DNA of 64,000 nucleotides from Candidatus Woesearchaeota archaeon (GTDB taxonomy: Archaea; Nanobdellota; Nanobdellia; Woesearchaeales; ARS49), in contig JACQMY010000035.1 in NCBI GenBank assembly GCA_016203305.1, forward strand, positions 574 to 64,573. The letters are read 5' to 3'. Below the pieces are notes generated by a model. It saw only the letters and a program-made list of their open reading frames with translations. It searched no databases and had not been told where the DNA came from. The first letter of the stretch is position 1. Every line of letters begins with the position of its first letter. Of the stretch, positions 20,346-32,300 are shown piece by piece. The translations under genes were made by a program, and so were the position numbers.

Positions 20346-22163
20346 TCATGCTTTTTCGCCCTCGATCGTATCATCAGCAGAAGGTGCTTTATCAGCTTTT
20401 CCACCAGCTTTCTTGTACAACTCACCAGCAAGCTTATGGAAGCCGGCATTACACTCTTCCAGCTTTTTCTTCAAGGCTGCCAGGTCGCGAGGAGAAGCTG
20501 CAAGCAAACTCTTCAGCTCGCCAATCTTCTTCTTAACATCAGCCAATTCCTTTTCAGGAACCTTGCCCTCGAACTCCTTAAACTGGGCTTCAGCAGAGTA
20601 CACCAAGCTATCCGCATGGTTAACAGTCTCAATCTCCTCACGCTTCTGCTTGTCAGCATCAGCAAACTGCTCAGCCTCCTTGCGCATACGCTCAACCTCT
20701 GCAGCATCAAGCTTATTAGGAGCAGTAATCTTCATGCTCTGCACCTTGCCAGTGCCCAAGTCCTTCGCAGTCACGCTCAAGATTCCATTTGCATCAATAT
20801 CAAAAGTCACCTCAATCTGCGGAACCCCTCTAGGAGCAGGCGGAATGCCAACCAAGTCAAACTGGCCGAGCAACTTGTTGTCATTAAACATCGGACGCTC
20901 ACCCTGCGCGATCCTTATGGTAACGGCAGGCTGGTTGTCAGCAGCAGTGCTGAAAGTCTGGCCTTTCTTCGCAGGAATAGTCGTGTTGCGCTCAATCAAT
21001 TTAGTCAACACGCCACCCAACGTCTCAATGCCCAAGCTCAAAGGAGTAACGTCAAGCAAAAGAATATCCTTAACTTCTCCTGCAAGAACACCAGCCTGGA
21101 CAGCAGCACCCATAGCGACACACTCCATTGGATCAATAGAGCGCTCAACTTTCGAGCCAAACCACTTCTCAACATAATTCTGAACGATAGGCATGCGGGT
21201 AGGACCGCCAACCAAAATAACACGAGCAAGATCCTTCTGAGCAAGCTTGGCATCAGATAAAGCCTGATCAACAGACTTCTGACAACGCTTCACAATAGGA
21301 TCAACAAGCTCCTCTAATCTTGCACGAGTAAGCTTCATCTGCAGATGCTTCGGACCCTTGCTTGTCGCACTGATGAAAGGCAAATTAATCTCAGTCTCCA
21401 TCACAGTGCTAAGCTCTATCTTTGCCTTCTCAGCAGCCTCACGAACACGCTGCATTGCAACAGCATCCTCATTCAAATCAATACCGGCATCCTGCTGGAA
21501 CTGCTTGACAACAAAGTTGATCAATGCATTGTCCATATCAGTACCACCAAGCTGGGTGTCACCAGAAGTTGAAAGAACCTCGAAAACACCGTCACCAAAC
21601 TCCATAATGGTAACGTCCAGAGTTCCACCACCCAAGTCAAAGACAAGGATTTTCTGTTCCTTGCCTCCCTTGTCCAAACCATACGCAAGAGATGCAGCGG
21701 TCGGCTCGTTGATAATACGAACAACTTCCAAGCCGGCAATCGTTCCAGCATCCTTAGTAGCCTGACGCTGGTTGTCATCAAAATAAGCAGGCACTGTAAT
21801 AACCGCCTTCTTTATCGGCTCACCAAGGAAACCTTCAGCATCCCGCTTGATCTTCTGCAAGATAAAAGCGGAAATCTGCTGAGGAGTATACTCCTTGCCA
21901 TGGATGTTATACTTGAAATTCGTGCCCATCTTACGCTTAGCAGCATAAACAGTACCCTCTGGATTGCTAACAGCCTGACGCCTTGCAGGCTCTCCAACAA
22001 GCACCTGACCGTCCTTTGTAAACGCGACAAACGACGGGAACGCCTTACCGTACAACGACGCTCCTTCAGCAGACGGCACAATCTTCGGCCTGCCAGCTTC
22101 CAAAACAGAAGCAGCACTGTTACTTGTTCCCAGATCTATCCCGATAATTTTTTCTTTAGACAT
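20346..22163 (-). CDS. dnaK: Chaperone DnaK (Hsp70)
   Basis: [23 protein letters not shown] and the full Hsp70 signature set. The start was taken at [13 protein letters not shown] (22163), which overlaps the grpE stop. Confidence 0.95.
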   Translation of the reverse strand: MSKEKIIGIDLGTSNSAASVLEAGRPKIVPSAEGASLYGKAFPSFVAFTKDGQVLVGEPARRQAVSNPEGTVYAAKRKMGTNFKYNIHGKEYTPQQISAFILQKIKRDAEGFLGEPIKKAVITVPAYFDDNQRQATKDAGTIAGLEVVRIINEPTAASLAYGLDKGGKEQKILVFDLGGGTLDVTIMEFGDGVFEVLSTSGDTQLGGTDMDNALINFVVKQFQQDAGIDLNEDAVAMQRVREAAEKAKIELSTVMETEINLPFISATSKGPKHLQMKLTRARLEELVDPIVKRCQKSVDQALSDAKLAQKDLARVILVGGPTRMPIVQNYVEKWFGSKVERSIDPMECVAMGAAVQAGVLAGEVKDILLLDVTPLSLGIETLGGVLTKLIERNTTIPAKKGQTFSTAADNQPAVTIRIAQGERPMFNDNKLLGQFDLVGIPPAPRGVPQIEVTFDIDANGILSVTAKDLGTGKVQSMKITAPNKLDAAEVERMRKEAEQFADADKQKREEIETVNHADSLVYSAEAQFKEFEGKVPEKELADVKKKIGELKSLLAASPRDLAALKKKLEECNAGFHKLAGELYKKAGGKADKAPSADDTIEGEKA

Positions 22164-22686
22164 TTTGAGTACCTCCCAATACTTTCTTTCCAGCATGAAC
22201 TTTACCCTTCGACACTGCGACACGCGCGTACCGAATTACTTTCCCATTCATCTCATATCCCTTCTGAAGCTCTTCAACAACAGTATCAGCAGGAGCTTCG
22301 CTCTCAACCTGCACCATGACTTCGTGCTTGTACGGATCGAACTTCTTGCCAACAGAATCAATCGGCTCAACATGTTCCTCGTCAAGCACTTTGTGCAAAT
22401 TCTTGAATATCATCTCAATGCCCTTGCGCGTTTCCTCAGGAACACCAGCAAGCTGTTTCAAAGCACGCTCGAAATCATCAATTATTAACAATAATTTCAC
22501 AACTAAATGCTCAGATGCAAAAGCCACGAATTCCTTACGCTCCTTATCTGTCCGCTTGCAATAATTCTCAAACTCTGCCTGCAAACGCTTCAAATGATCG
22601 GTATAGTCTGCGATGACAGCATCCTTTTTTGTAATCTCGTCCTTGAGCGCTGCCAATTCTGCTTCGGCTTTTGAAAGTTTGTCCAT
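22156..22686 (-). CDS. grpE: Nucleotide exchange factor GrpE
   Basis: Coiled-coil N-terminus, GrpE core ([10 protein letters not shown]...[25 protein letters not shown]). Confidence 0.85.
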   Translation of the reverse strand: MDKLSKAEAELAALKDEITKKDAVIADYTDHLKRLQAEFENYCKRTDKERKEFVAFASEHLVVKLLLIIDDFERALKQLAGVPEETRKGIEMIFKNLHKVLDEEHVEPIDSVGKKFDPYKHEVMVQVESEAPADTVVEELQKGYEMNGKVIRYARVAVSKGKVHAGKKVLGGTQNV

Positions 22687-22695
22687 GCTTCTTCC

Positions 22696-22712
22696 GTTGA
22701 CTTAAAGTCAAC
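22696..22712. promoter_or_regulatory. Perfect 17-bp palindrome GTTGACTTAAAGTCAAC between the TATA-like element and the grpE start codon (candidate heat-shock operator)
   Basis: Seen directly. It lies 10-26 nt upstream of the grpE ATG, and a TATA-like ctatataaat sits ~25 nt further upstream on the transcribed side. Confidence 0.45.
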
Positions 22713-22789
22713 TGAGCAGATGTAGAACTGAACTACTATATAAATGTTTGGCTTCTGAACGGAAGATTTAAATATATGTAATGGTTGGT

Positions 22790-22872
22790 GGTTCATGGGT
22801 ATTAGGCGTTAGGTATTAGGATGAAGGAAGAAGGCGGAAGATCTTCAACCTTCGCCCTTCCGCCTTCACCCA
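22790..22872. repeat. Heptamer array plus inverted complement (hairpin)
   Basis: gggtattaggcgttaggtattaggatgaaggaagaaggcggaag atcttcaaccttcgcccttccgccttcacc. Confidence 0.7.
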
Positions 22873-22886
22873 ACCCGAGGTGCACA

Positions 22887-23237
22887 ATGACACAAGAACA
22901 AATAAACCTAAACATCCACGAAGGAGAACCATTCTTCGCACACGAAGTAACAGTAAACTTCACACCAACACAGCTCACAATGGACTTCAAATGCATCACG
23001 CCAAGAAGCGATCCCAGAAGCAAGAAGCCAAACTTCCAACTCAAGCACAACGTAGTAATGCTCGACCCATGGCATGCAAAAGCGTTAATCAGCGTGCTTT
23101 CAAACGTTGTACAGAAATACGAACAAGAATTTGGAAAAATACAAAAACCCAAATCCCTTCTAAAAGCAGAAAAAAAGCAAAAAGAACTCGCAGAACAAGG
23201 ACAAAAACCAAGCGACATCCCAACATACATGGGTTGA
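22887..23237 (+). CDS. Hypothetical protein, DUF3467-like
   Basis: GAGGTG SD. MTQEQINLNIHEGEPFFAHEVTVNFTPTQLTMDFKCITPRSDP resembles the DUF3467 family, assigned from memory. Confidence 0.4.
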   Translation: MTQEQINLNIHEGEPFFAHEVTVNFTPTQLTMDFKCITPRSDPRSKKPNFQLKHNVVMLDPWHAKALISVLSNVVQKYEQEFGKIQKPKSLLKAEKKQKELAEQGQKPSDIPTYMG

Positions 23238-23238
23238 A

Positions 23239-23640
23239 ATGATCGTCAGAAGAATAACCATCGTAACCAATCGACGACCAACAACGCCGAACCTCAACGA
23301 CGAACTCCAATGGCTCGGCAACAGTTTAGGCTTGCTCGGCGAGCGCGACAGAGACAAAAGCTGCTTCCGCATCTTCATAGAGCTGCTAAAAGCAATAAAA
23401 GCAACAGGCGGCCTAACAAGCGACCAACTCTCAGACAAACTTGCCCTAACAAGAGCAACAGTGGTACACCACCTCAACAGCCTACAAGAACGAGGCATAG
23501 TCCTCCACCAAGGCAACCAATACATAATGCGAGAACACCAACTCACCAATCTAGTAGACGACATAAAACGAGACATGGAACGAGCACTATCAGACATGAA
23601 AAAAGCAGCAGAAGAACTGGATAGAATTCTGGAACTATAG
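23239..23640 (+). CDS. Winged-helix transcriptional regulator (ArsR/MarR-like)
   Basis: ELLKAIKATGGLTSDQLSDKLALTRATVVHHLNSLQERGIV. Confidence 0.55.
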   Translation: MIVRRITIVTNRRPTTPNLNDELQWLGNSLGLLGERDRDKSCFRIFIELLKAIKATGGLTSDQLSDKLALTRATVVHHLNSLQERGIVLHQGNQYIMREHQLTNLVDDIKRDMERALSDMKKAAEELDRILEL

Positions 23641-23733
23641 GTATTAGGCGTTAGGACGAAGGTATTAGGTTGTAAGACGAAGGCGGAAGGAAGAAGGTAT
23701 TAGGCGTTAGGTTGTAGGGCGGAAGGATGAAAT
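23636..23733. repeat. Heptamer array (G-rich only)
   Basis: taggtattaggcgttaggacgaaggtattaggttgtaagacgaaggcggaaggaagaaggtattaggcgttaggttgtagggcggaaggatg. Confidence 0.7.
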
Positions 23734-23804
23734 TCTTGTTAGACATTCGAAAAACGAAACTCGAACGCCGAAACCTATTTTAACACCCTGAACAGAATAA
23801 GATT

Positions 23805-24239
23805 ATGAGCATATTAAAGCGAATAAAAAAGGCGTTCTCACGCGCCAGCAAACGCGTTATCAAAAAGAACGAGAAAGAATACCAACTACTCTGCCAAGAA
23901 TGCGGAAAAATAGCAGCAACATTTGATCTTGGACCAGGCCAACTGGGAAAACAAATAGCACTCAACTACAACGGCATCACAGGATACAGCCACTTCGACG
24001 CAACAGACGCGCCAACAATTTTCGCACGGCTTGAAAAAGATGACATAGACAAAATCCACACATTCCTAGACAAATACAGCCGGCGAGGAGTCAGGGGAAT
24101 AGACGCATACTGCCCGGAATGCAAAAAAATCTACTGCCAAGACCACTACAAACAATACGAAGAACGTGACGAGCACAACTTCTACAGCTGCACATACGGA
24201 ACCTGCCCAAAAGGACACCAAAGGATAATTGACGATTAA
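23805..24239 (+). CDS. Zinc-ribbon/zinc-finger protein
   Basis: CQECGK...CPECKKIYCQDH...C cysteine pairs. Confidence 0.45.
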   Translation: MSILKRIKKAFSRASKRVIKKNEKEYQLLCQECGKIAATFDLGPGQLGKQIALNYNGITGYSHFDATDAPTIFARLEKDDIDKIHTFLDKYSRRGVRGIDAYCPECKKIYCQDHYKQYEERDEHNFYSCTYGTCPKGHQRIIDD

Positions 24240-24813
24240 AATGACACAAGAACTACAACAAAACAACAAAAACCATCCTATCTTCAAAGCAGTAGTGTTT
24301 GCAGCACAAGCACATGCAGGCCAATACCGCAAAGGAACACGCATCCCCTACCTAATACACCCGCTAGGCGTCATGAAAACACTGCTCGAACACGGCGCAA
24401 GCGACGAAGCGGCCATTGCAGGAGTCCTGCATGATACAATCGAAGATACGGACACAACGCCAGAACAAATCGAAAAAGCATTTGGAAAGAAAGTTCTAGA
24501 ACTCGTACAAGCAGCAACCGAGCCACACCGCAACGAGCCCTGGGAAAAACGCAAAGAACACACAATAGCATTCCTAAAAACAGCAAACGAAGAAATCTGC
24601 ATGGTCAGTTGCGCAGACAAGCTAGACAACATCAAAAGCATCAAAAACGACCTGGCAACCATAGGAGAAGACGTCTGGACGAAGTTCAACAGACCAAAAG
24701 AAAAACAAGCATGGTATTACCAAGCACTAGCAGAAGCATTCAATAGAAAAGACCTAACAAACAAACTATTCAAAATATTCAGAGAAGAAGTAAAACAAGT
24801 ATTCGGAGAGTAA
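24229..24813 (+). CDS. HD-domain phosphohydrolase of the RelA/SpoT (small alarmone hydrolase-like) type
   Basis: HAGQYRKGTRIPYLIHPLGV...AGVLHDTIEDTDTT matches the ppGpp-hydrolase HD signature. Length 194 aa. Confidence 0.65.
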   Translation: MTIKMTQELQQNNKNHPIFKAVVFAAQAHAGQYRKGTRIPYLIHPLGVMKTLLEHGASDEAAIAGVLHDTIEDTDTTPEQIEKAFGKKVLELVQAATEPHRNEPWEKRKEHTIAFLKTANEEICMVSCADKLDNIKSIKNDLATIGEDVWTKFNRPKEKQAWYYQALAEAFNRKDLTNKLFKIFREEVKQVFGE

Positions 24814-24850
24814 TTAGTGTGTAGTTTGTAGAGCGAATAAAGAACGAAAA

Positions 24851-25639
24851 ATGACAACCAACATCAAGAAACTGGTCATTGAAGAATTCTCAGGAGAAAA
24901 CGCACAACAACTCTACATCAAAAAAGCAGAAGAAGGATTTTGGGCCGGCGAACAACACTTCATCACCAAATACTTCACCAAAAAAGACGGCAAAGTCCTT
25001 GACCTTGGGTGCGGAACAGGAAGAACAACAATCCCCCTGCTCAAAATGGGCTTTCACGTCATCGGCATCGACCTAGTGCCTGCCATGATCGCCAGCGCAA
25101 AACGCATCGCCAAAAACAAAAAACTCAAGATAGACTATCGCATTGCTGACGCCACCAAACTCCCCTTCAAAAACAACACCTTTGACTACGCACTCTTCTC
25201 AAACCAAGGATGGACACAAATCCCTGGCAAAGAAAACCGATTACAATCACTCAAAGAAGCACTCAGAGTTTTAAGACCAGGAGGAATATTCATCTTCACC
25301 GCACACCCAAGAGTCATGAGCCGCGAGTTCACCCTATTTTGGATCAAACAACGCATCCGCCTCCACATCCTCAAACCACTGGGCTTTCAAATCCTCGAGC
25401 AAGACTATGGAGACCGCTTCTTCGAACGAGAATCCAGCGACCCACAACGAACCTACAAAACCCAACAATACATCCACATACCATCAGTAAACGAAGTCAA
25501 AAACGAAATAGCCCGCGCAGGATTCACCCTCCTTGAAGCAAACGGAACATTCCAAATATCAGACAAAGAAAAAAGAAAATATCCTCCTGTCTTTTATGTA
25601 TGTAAAAAAAATCAACAAACCTCATTCTCGCCGGAATAG
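24851..25639 (+). CDS. Class I SAM-dependent methyltransferase
   Basis: [15 protein letters not shown] motif I, acidic residue at the motif II position (IGID). Confidence 0.75.
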   Translation: MTTNIKKLVIEEFSGENAQQLYIKKAEEGFWAGEQHFITKYFTKKDGKVLDLGCGTGRTTIPLLKMGFHVIGIDLVPAMIASAKRIAKNKKLKIDYRIADATKLPFKNNTFDYALFSNQGWTQIPGKENRLQSLKEALRVLRPGGIFIFTAHPRVMSREFTLFWIKQRIRLHILKPLGFQILEQDYGDRFFERESSDPQRTYKTQQYIHIPSVNEVKNEIARAGFTLLEANGTFQISDKEKRKYPPVFYVCKKNQQTSFSPE

Positions 25640-25947
25640 TCAATTGCTCGATACAAATCCCGCAGCAGCGTGTACGGAAAATCCGCTCCTTCCTTTAGCC
25701 CACGAACACTATCCGCCTCGTTCGCGGTCAAAACACCACACTTGAGCCCTCCCCCGACCAGTAAATCGATCGTCGCCTCCTGCATTCTCTGTTCACCCTG
25801 AAACAGATCGACGTGTACCTCACTTGGCAGAATCACTGCGTCATTGACAGCTCTCTTCTTCACTTCGTCCGACCAGTACAACACCCGCTCCACATGGCCC
25901 CCTCCCACAAAGTCGTTCACAACCACTCGCACTTCATTTGTTCCCAT
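25612..25947 (-). CDS. Hypothetical protein (~111 aa)
   Basis: ORF downstream-overlapping the wHTH gene. The start is uncertain. Confidence 0.3.
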   Translation of the reverse strand: MGTNEVRVVVNDFVGGGHVERVLYWSDEVKKRAVNDAVILPSEVHVDLFQGEQRMQEATIDLLVGGGLKCGVLTANEADSVRGLKEGADFPYTLLRDLYRAIDYSGENEVC

Positions 25948-26269
25948 CTTTCTTACCTCCTCCCTCATTTCTGATGAACTCGGGAGAACCCGATTCAAAA
26001 TTAGAAGCCAACCAAGCCCCTGTTGACGTAAGACGCAACGGAACCCTTCTGCTCTGAAAATCAACAAAACCAAACTCTCTTAACTGTCTTAACACCAACC
26101 ACGTTGAAGACGCAGAAAAAGAAAAATTGTGGACAATGGTGTGAACAACACGAGTCGCAGGCAAACCCTCATTCTCTCGAATGAAACTAAGAACAGCTTT
26201 TTGCCTAGCTGTCAAGTGATTCTGCACAAACCCAAGAAGAACCGTAGAAAGTGCAAAGTACACCAGCAA
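25934..26269 (-). CDS. Winged-helix regulator (MarR-like)
   Basis: LTARQKAVLSFIRENEGLPATRVVHTIVHNFSFSASSTWLVLRQLREFGFV. Confidence 0.45.
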   Translation of the reverse strand: MLVYFALSTVLLGFVQNHLTARQKAVLSFIRENEGLPATRVVHTIVHNFSFSASSTWLVLRQLREFGFVDFQSRRVPLRLTSTGAWLASNFESGSPEFIRNEGGGKKDGNK

Positions 26270-26363
26270 TTCCTTGCAAGCGCTCCTGCTTCCTTGAGTT
26301 CTGCATCATAAAAACCAGAAATGACACGCACTATATTAACTTTTTGTGCGGAAAAAATTAGAG

Positions 26364-29300
26364 TTAGTCAAAACTCAAAGGCTCAAACATTGACATTATC
26401 GCATAAGCAGCGAGGCCAAGCAGAACAATAATCACAACTATCGCTATCTTAACTGCCTGGCTGTCAGGAGCGACGTCAAACTTTGCCGCAATGCTCTTCT
26501 TGGCATTTGACAAAAGCCTTCCCAACTTTGTGAACAAGCCCTCTTTAACAACTGCAGTTACTGGAACAGTAACCTCTGTCGGCTCAACAACAGGCTTTTC
26601 TGCCACTTTTTCAACCGGCTTCTCAACCGGCTTTTCAGGACGAGGCTGAATATTAAACGTAGGCAAGAACGGAACATTCGCAACAGTCTGGCCATTGGCA
26701 AGCTTGAACTCAACAGTCGCAGAGTTTCTACCAAAACTTAATACTTTCAAATCCAAATCTGCAACGCCGTCCTTGGACAAGTCAAACAAGCCACTCTCGC
26801 CCTTTGCAACAGGAATAAACTGAGCATTCAAAGCCCACTCAGTCGTCTGCCTACCAAGATCCACCTTACGCATGAAAATACTTGAAGGCAAAACAACCCC
26901 TCCAATGGTGAAAGACATAGGTTGACCAACAAACACTTCGCGAGCAACAGGAACTTCAGTCAAAGCAATACGAACACCGGCGCCTCCGCCAGAGCCACCA
27001 CCTCCACCACCGCCACCTCCGCCTCCGCCGCCAACACTTGGTGGAGGAGGAACTGCAACAGTCACGCTGCTCGAACCAACACTCGTGAAATTAAATCTAT
27101 CAGTAACAGTCAAAGTAACTGGGAAAGTTCCTGTCGTGTTATAACTCTTGTTAACACTTGAACTCGTGCTATTCGTACCGTCACCAAAGTTCCAGAAGAA
27201 CGACAAAGAATCATTCAAAGGTCCTGGAATGTTCGGATCAGTACTCGCGCTTGTGAATGTAATAACTGCATTCGGCTGCACTGCAGTAGCTGTCTGAGTA
27301 AATGACGCAACAGGTGGCAAAGGAATAACTTGCGACAAGTTTGCAGGACCAGACGCAGTAGCATTGTATGTTATGCCCCCCACCGCAATAGTACCTGAAG
27401 AGATCACGTTATTGGTAATGTTAGCGCTCGTGACAACAGCGTTGCTAAATTGGCTGTTAACAATCACGCTACCGACAATAACTGAGTTGTTGATGTTGCT
27501 GTTGACAATCGTGCTATTCGTAACATTGCTAAACGTCACATTGCTCTCAACAATAGAACTGCTGCCTTGAATGATGCTGCCAGTCAAATTGCTCGGGTCA
27601 ACAAAACTATCGGTAAACACGCAATTTGTTGCAGTAATGCCTTTAACCGTGCTGTTACGCACAACACAGTTTGTCAATAAAGAATTGGTAAATCTGCTAT
27701 CCAACCCGGAAACGTTCCGCAGCGTGCTATTCGAACCATTAACATTTATCAAAGAGCTATTTGAAGAAGTTGTTGTAGTCATATTCGCATTCAAAACAGT
27801 TGAAACGTTGATTGAGCCAGAAGTAAACACGCTATTGTTCATCGAGTTAACACCTGTAAGAGTTGACCCATCAAGGATATTCTGAGCAACATAAACCAGA
27901 TCTGAATTTGTAACATTACTTTGATTGTTGCATGCTACAAACACATTATTGCTGCCTAGAGTCAAGTTAGTGATGTTTGCAGTATGAGTCGTGCCATTGC
28001 CAGAGAAACCATTCGACATGCTGCCCTGCGCGACATCCTGAGTACTCCACCTGCACGATGTAACACCATTCGTTGTGACAGTCATTATGAATGAACTGAG
28101 GTTTAACAAAGTCCCGCTGGCTGGAACAATACTGGTCTGCGTTATCACGGGAGTAACAGTCACGAACAAAGTAGCACTCGCACCAGTCGCGTTCACATCA
28201 CCTGGGAAGACAGCAGTAACGTTGAACGTTCCTAACGATGTGAAATTAGTAACGTTCGTCAAAGGAGACGTTCCGTTTTGCGCAAGAGAGCCATTGATAA
28301 ACAAGTTCACAAAGCCGCCAAACGGATTTGTAACGTTTGCAACAATAGTCGCGGCATCATTAACTTGAACTGACGTGCTGGCTGCAACACCGTTAATAGT
28401 CAACGTAATCGCGCCAATGCCTGGGTTAATAGTATAAGTTGCATTTGCAGTCAAGTTGACATTGCCGGACGTATCATTCGCAAACCAGCGATAGGAATGA
28501 TTGCCAACAGTCAAGCCAGTCAAGTTCACTTCAAAAGTATTTGAAACACCAACACGAAGAGCTGAACGATTCAAGCCATCAAGCTCCAAAGTCATATTAG
28601 CAACTGCAAGATTATCAGTAACATCACGACGGAACGTGTAAACAGGACTAAAGTTTGCAGGAGACGCCGGGCTTAGTAATTCTGAACCAAACACCGGCGG
28701 AGTTGAATCAGGAACCACAACAAAGCGAGTCACACTCGAATTTGTGAAGTTCTGACTGCCAGCAAATACTGCAGTAATGTTAAACACGCCCTGAACGCCA
28801 AACAACTCATTCCTCGTCAAAGGAGCAGCTCCAGACGCAAGAAGCGCACCATTCTTGAAAATACTAACAGTTCCAGAAGTGTTTGTCAAGTTTGCAAATA
28901 ATGGAATAGTGCTGCCTTGCACAACAGTCACGTTGCCAGCAGTACCATTCAAAGTCAAGCTCAAATTACTAAACGCCTGACGAACACTATAGACACTTGC
29001 AGCGGTCACGTTCAAATTGCTGGAAGTATCACGAGCAAACCACTTGTACGAATAATTACCAGCTGCAAGCGTTGAAACATTAGCCTCAAACTCATTAGTC
29101 AGCCCAACACGCTGTGTTGTAACGTTCGCGCCATTAAACTCAAGGGAGACGTTTGAAACAGAAACGTCGTCAGTCACGTTACGCCTGAAAACATATTGTG
29201 CTTGAGGGAAGAAGCTGTTGTTCGCTGGAACAATAAGCTCTCCGCCAAACACAGGAGCCTGAGTGTCAATAACAGACACAAAACGCGTCAAGTTCGCAGG

Positions 29301-32300
29301 AGCAAAGTTTTGACTTCCGGCAAACTCAGTTGTAACATTAAACACGCCAGCAAAGTTAAAAGTCTGATTCGTACTCAAAGGAGCACTACCTGAAACAACA
29401 AACACTCCTGCTACTGAAATGTTAACAAGACCTGTTGTGTTAGCCAAGCTTGCAACAAGCTGAACCGTGCTGCTCTTTGATACTGTGATGTTTCCAGCAA
29501 CACCATTCAACGTCAAAGTCAAAGCGCTCTGCGCCTGCAAAATAGTATAATTGCTCGCAGTGCTGATATTTGTGTTGTTAGACGCATCAGTTGCGAACCA
29601 CCTGTAGGAATGATTACCCGCACTTGCATTTGAAATGTTAACTTCAAATGTGTCAGAAGCGCCAGCACGCAATGCAGTCAAATTAGTGCCATTAAACTCC
29701 AAGCGCACAGCAGCGACAGCATGGTCATCAGTAATATTTCTCCGGAAATTCGCCAATGAACCAAATACTGAGCTGTTCACAGGTACAACAGTCTCATTAC
29801 CGAAAGATGGCGGAAGAGTGTCAACAACAAAAACTGTAAACGAACGGTTTGCAGCAGAATAATTCTGATTGCCATCAAATGATGCGTTAATGGTGTAATT
29901 GCCTGGAATTATGAAAGTTTGATTTATACTTGCAGGATTATTCTGCGACAAGATCAAGGTTCCATTGTTGAACAACTTAACCAAACCAGAGGTATTAGTC
30001 AGATTTGCGGAAATGTTCAATATCGTCCTTGGCGAGACAGTGATGTTCGCAGCAGAGCCATTCAACAACAAGCTCAAATCACTTTGCGCGCGCAAAATCG
30101 ACAAAACAGAAACATTCGTGCTGTTCAAATTATTCGCACCATCCCTTGCAAACCAGCGAAAAGAATGGTTGCCGGCAGGAAGGTCCAAAACAGTAATGTT
30201 ATAGAAACTGCCATTCTGAGTGACATTTGTCAAGTTCTGACCATTCAGCTCGAATGTCACATTAGTGATATTTCCATTATCAGTCCAGTTAATGCCCCAC
30301 ATATAGCTCGCATTCGGTGCATAAACAGATCCATTCAACGGAGTAATTTGCCCACCAGGAGCAGGAGGAGTGATGTCAGAAATGTTCAAAGTGAAGTTGC
30401 CAGATGTGCATGCACCAACGTTATCACAAACCAGCAAAGGTATCACAAACACGCCATTGAATGCAGGCGTGAAGTTGATAACTCCGGTTAAATTGCTGAT
30501 GTTGAACAATGAGGCACTATCATTGAACGTTAAAATGTCATTCGTGGGATCACTGTCAGTCGCGTTCACATCAAAGAAAAACTCCCTGCCTGCCTCGCCA
30601 ATCTGGCTAGTGAAGTTCACAAACGCAGGAGCATCATTCAAGTTTGTAACACTAAAAGTGATGTTCTGCGAAACATTTTTTCCGGTACGATCGAACAAGA
30701 ACAAAGTCAAGTTCAAACTTCCAGTTGCATTAACTATTGGAACAAAAGCCAATCTGTCATTAGGAACGTCCAAGACCATATTAACAAGAGAAGTGTTCAA
30801 AACAGTAACCAACGTCAAGTTCGACTGGTTTGCAAGCTGGAACTTCCAAGAAAGATTGTTATTATTCGCGCCAGGACCATCCTCAGGATCATTCTCAAAT
30901 GGAGTAAGATCAATACTGTTATTCTGCTCCTCAAAGGTCGTGACGTTCGGAATAACTACTGTGAAGAATGGAACATCATCAACACCGTTCAAAACAATCG
31001 TGAACTCAGCAGTAACATTCTTACCAAACGGATCCTCTGCCGTCACGTTCACTTTTCTGACACCATTAACATTGAACTGAGGAATTATCAGCATACTGTT
31101 ATTCGAATTGTTAAACGTCAAAGTCACATTCGCCACAGACGACGCACGATATCCCAACGGATCACCATCAACATCAAAGAAAACCTGACTAAGATTTACT
31201 GTGAAAGTTGTGCTTTCATTAAATGGAGGGATTGTAGGAACACTCACGACAACAGGAGCATCGTTAACAGGAGTAACGTTAATTGTGATGTTCGCAGTAG
31301 AGGACAATCCCTGCGGGTCTGTTACAATCAATGTTGCCGTACCTATCCCGAAATCATCCGCAACAGGAACAACCGTCACGAACTGGTTCTGCTCGATCGA
31401 AACCGTGAAGCCAACAGTGCCAGAAACATTCAGAATGCCATACGTGAGCTGAGCCAGAGGAGTATCCACATCGGTCGTGAACTGGTGCAGGTTGACAACA
31501 CGAACGGCAGAACCGTCTTCAGTTATGTTAATCTGCGGCAATGCTGAAAACACCGGAGCACTTGCACTTGCAGAAACAATTATTGCGATAGTGTCAAACG
31601 CTGTCGCGTTCTGCGTGTCACGAACCGTAAAAACCACGTTGTCTGTGCCCACAAAGCCAGTGTTCGGCGTAAACTGCACGTCCTGGCCAAAGTCAACTCG
31701 AATTCCGATACTCGTGTTGCCAGAAAAGTTCAACGTCAAACTACCATCAGGATCCTGCGCGTCATCAATGAAAGGACTCACGTTAAACCGCGTCACGCTG
31801 TTTGCAAGAATCGTCAAGTTCTGCGGCAAATTAATTGTTGGAGGCGTATTTCCTGTTGAAACATTGCCGGGCTGCAAGAGAACAGAAACCGTTGCGTCAC
31901 CAAAAATGTCAACACTGTCCGTCACAGTTGTGAAATTTCCACTGCTGGTATTTGTTCCATTCACAACATACAAATAATTACCTTCAGGAACATTTGAAAA
32001 TCTAGCAGACCCATTCTCATCAGTTCTGTTCGAACCAATACCGGCCAAAGTCACGTTCGAACCGTTAATCTTCGCGCCAGTCTGAGCATTAAGAACATTA
32101 AACGTAACATTCCCACTCTGAGTTCCAATTACATTCACAAGCATACTCACTTCAGCAGTTATTTCCGGCAAAGTGGTAGGCAAAGCCGAGTTTGCACGCG
32201 CACGAACAGTAACATTATGCACGCCAGCCAGAGTTGGAACAAAAGAAAACTGTTGAAGCGTGGCATTTACAGGATCGGGGTTTTTGATCAACGTATTTCC

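Noticed and set aside
20212-21765. Long + strand ORFs (321 and 274 aa) opposite dnaK
   Set aside because: They are antisense to a near-certain dnaK CDS and have Ser/Leu-rich artefactual composition.
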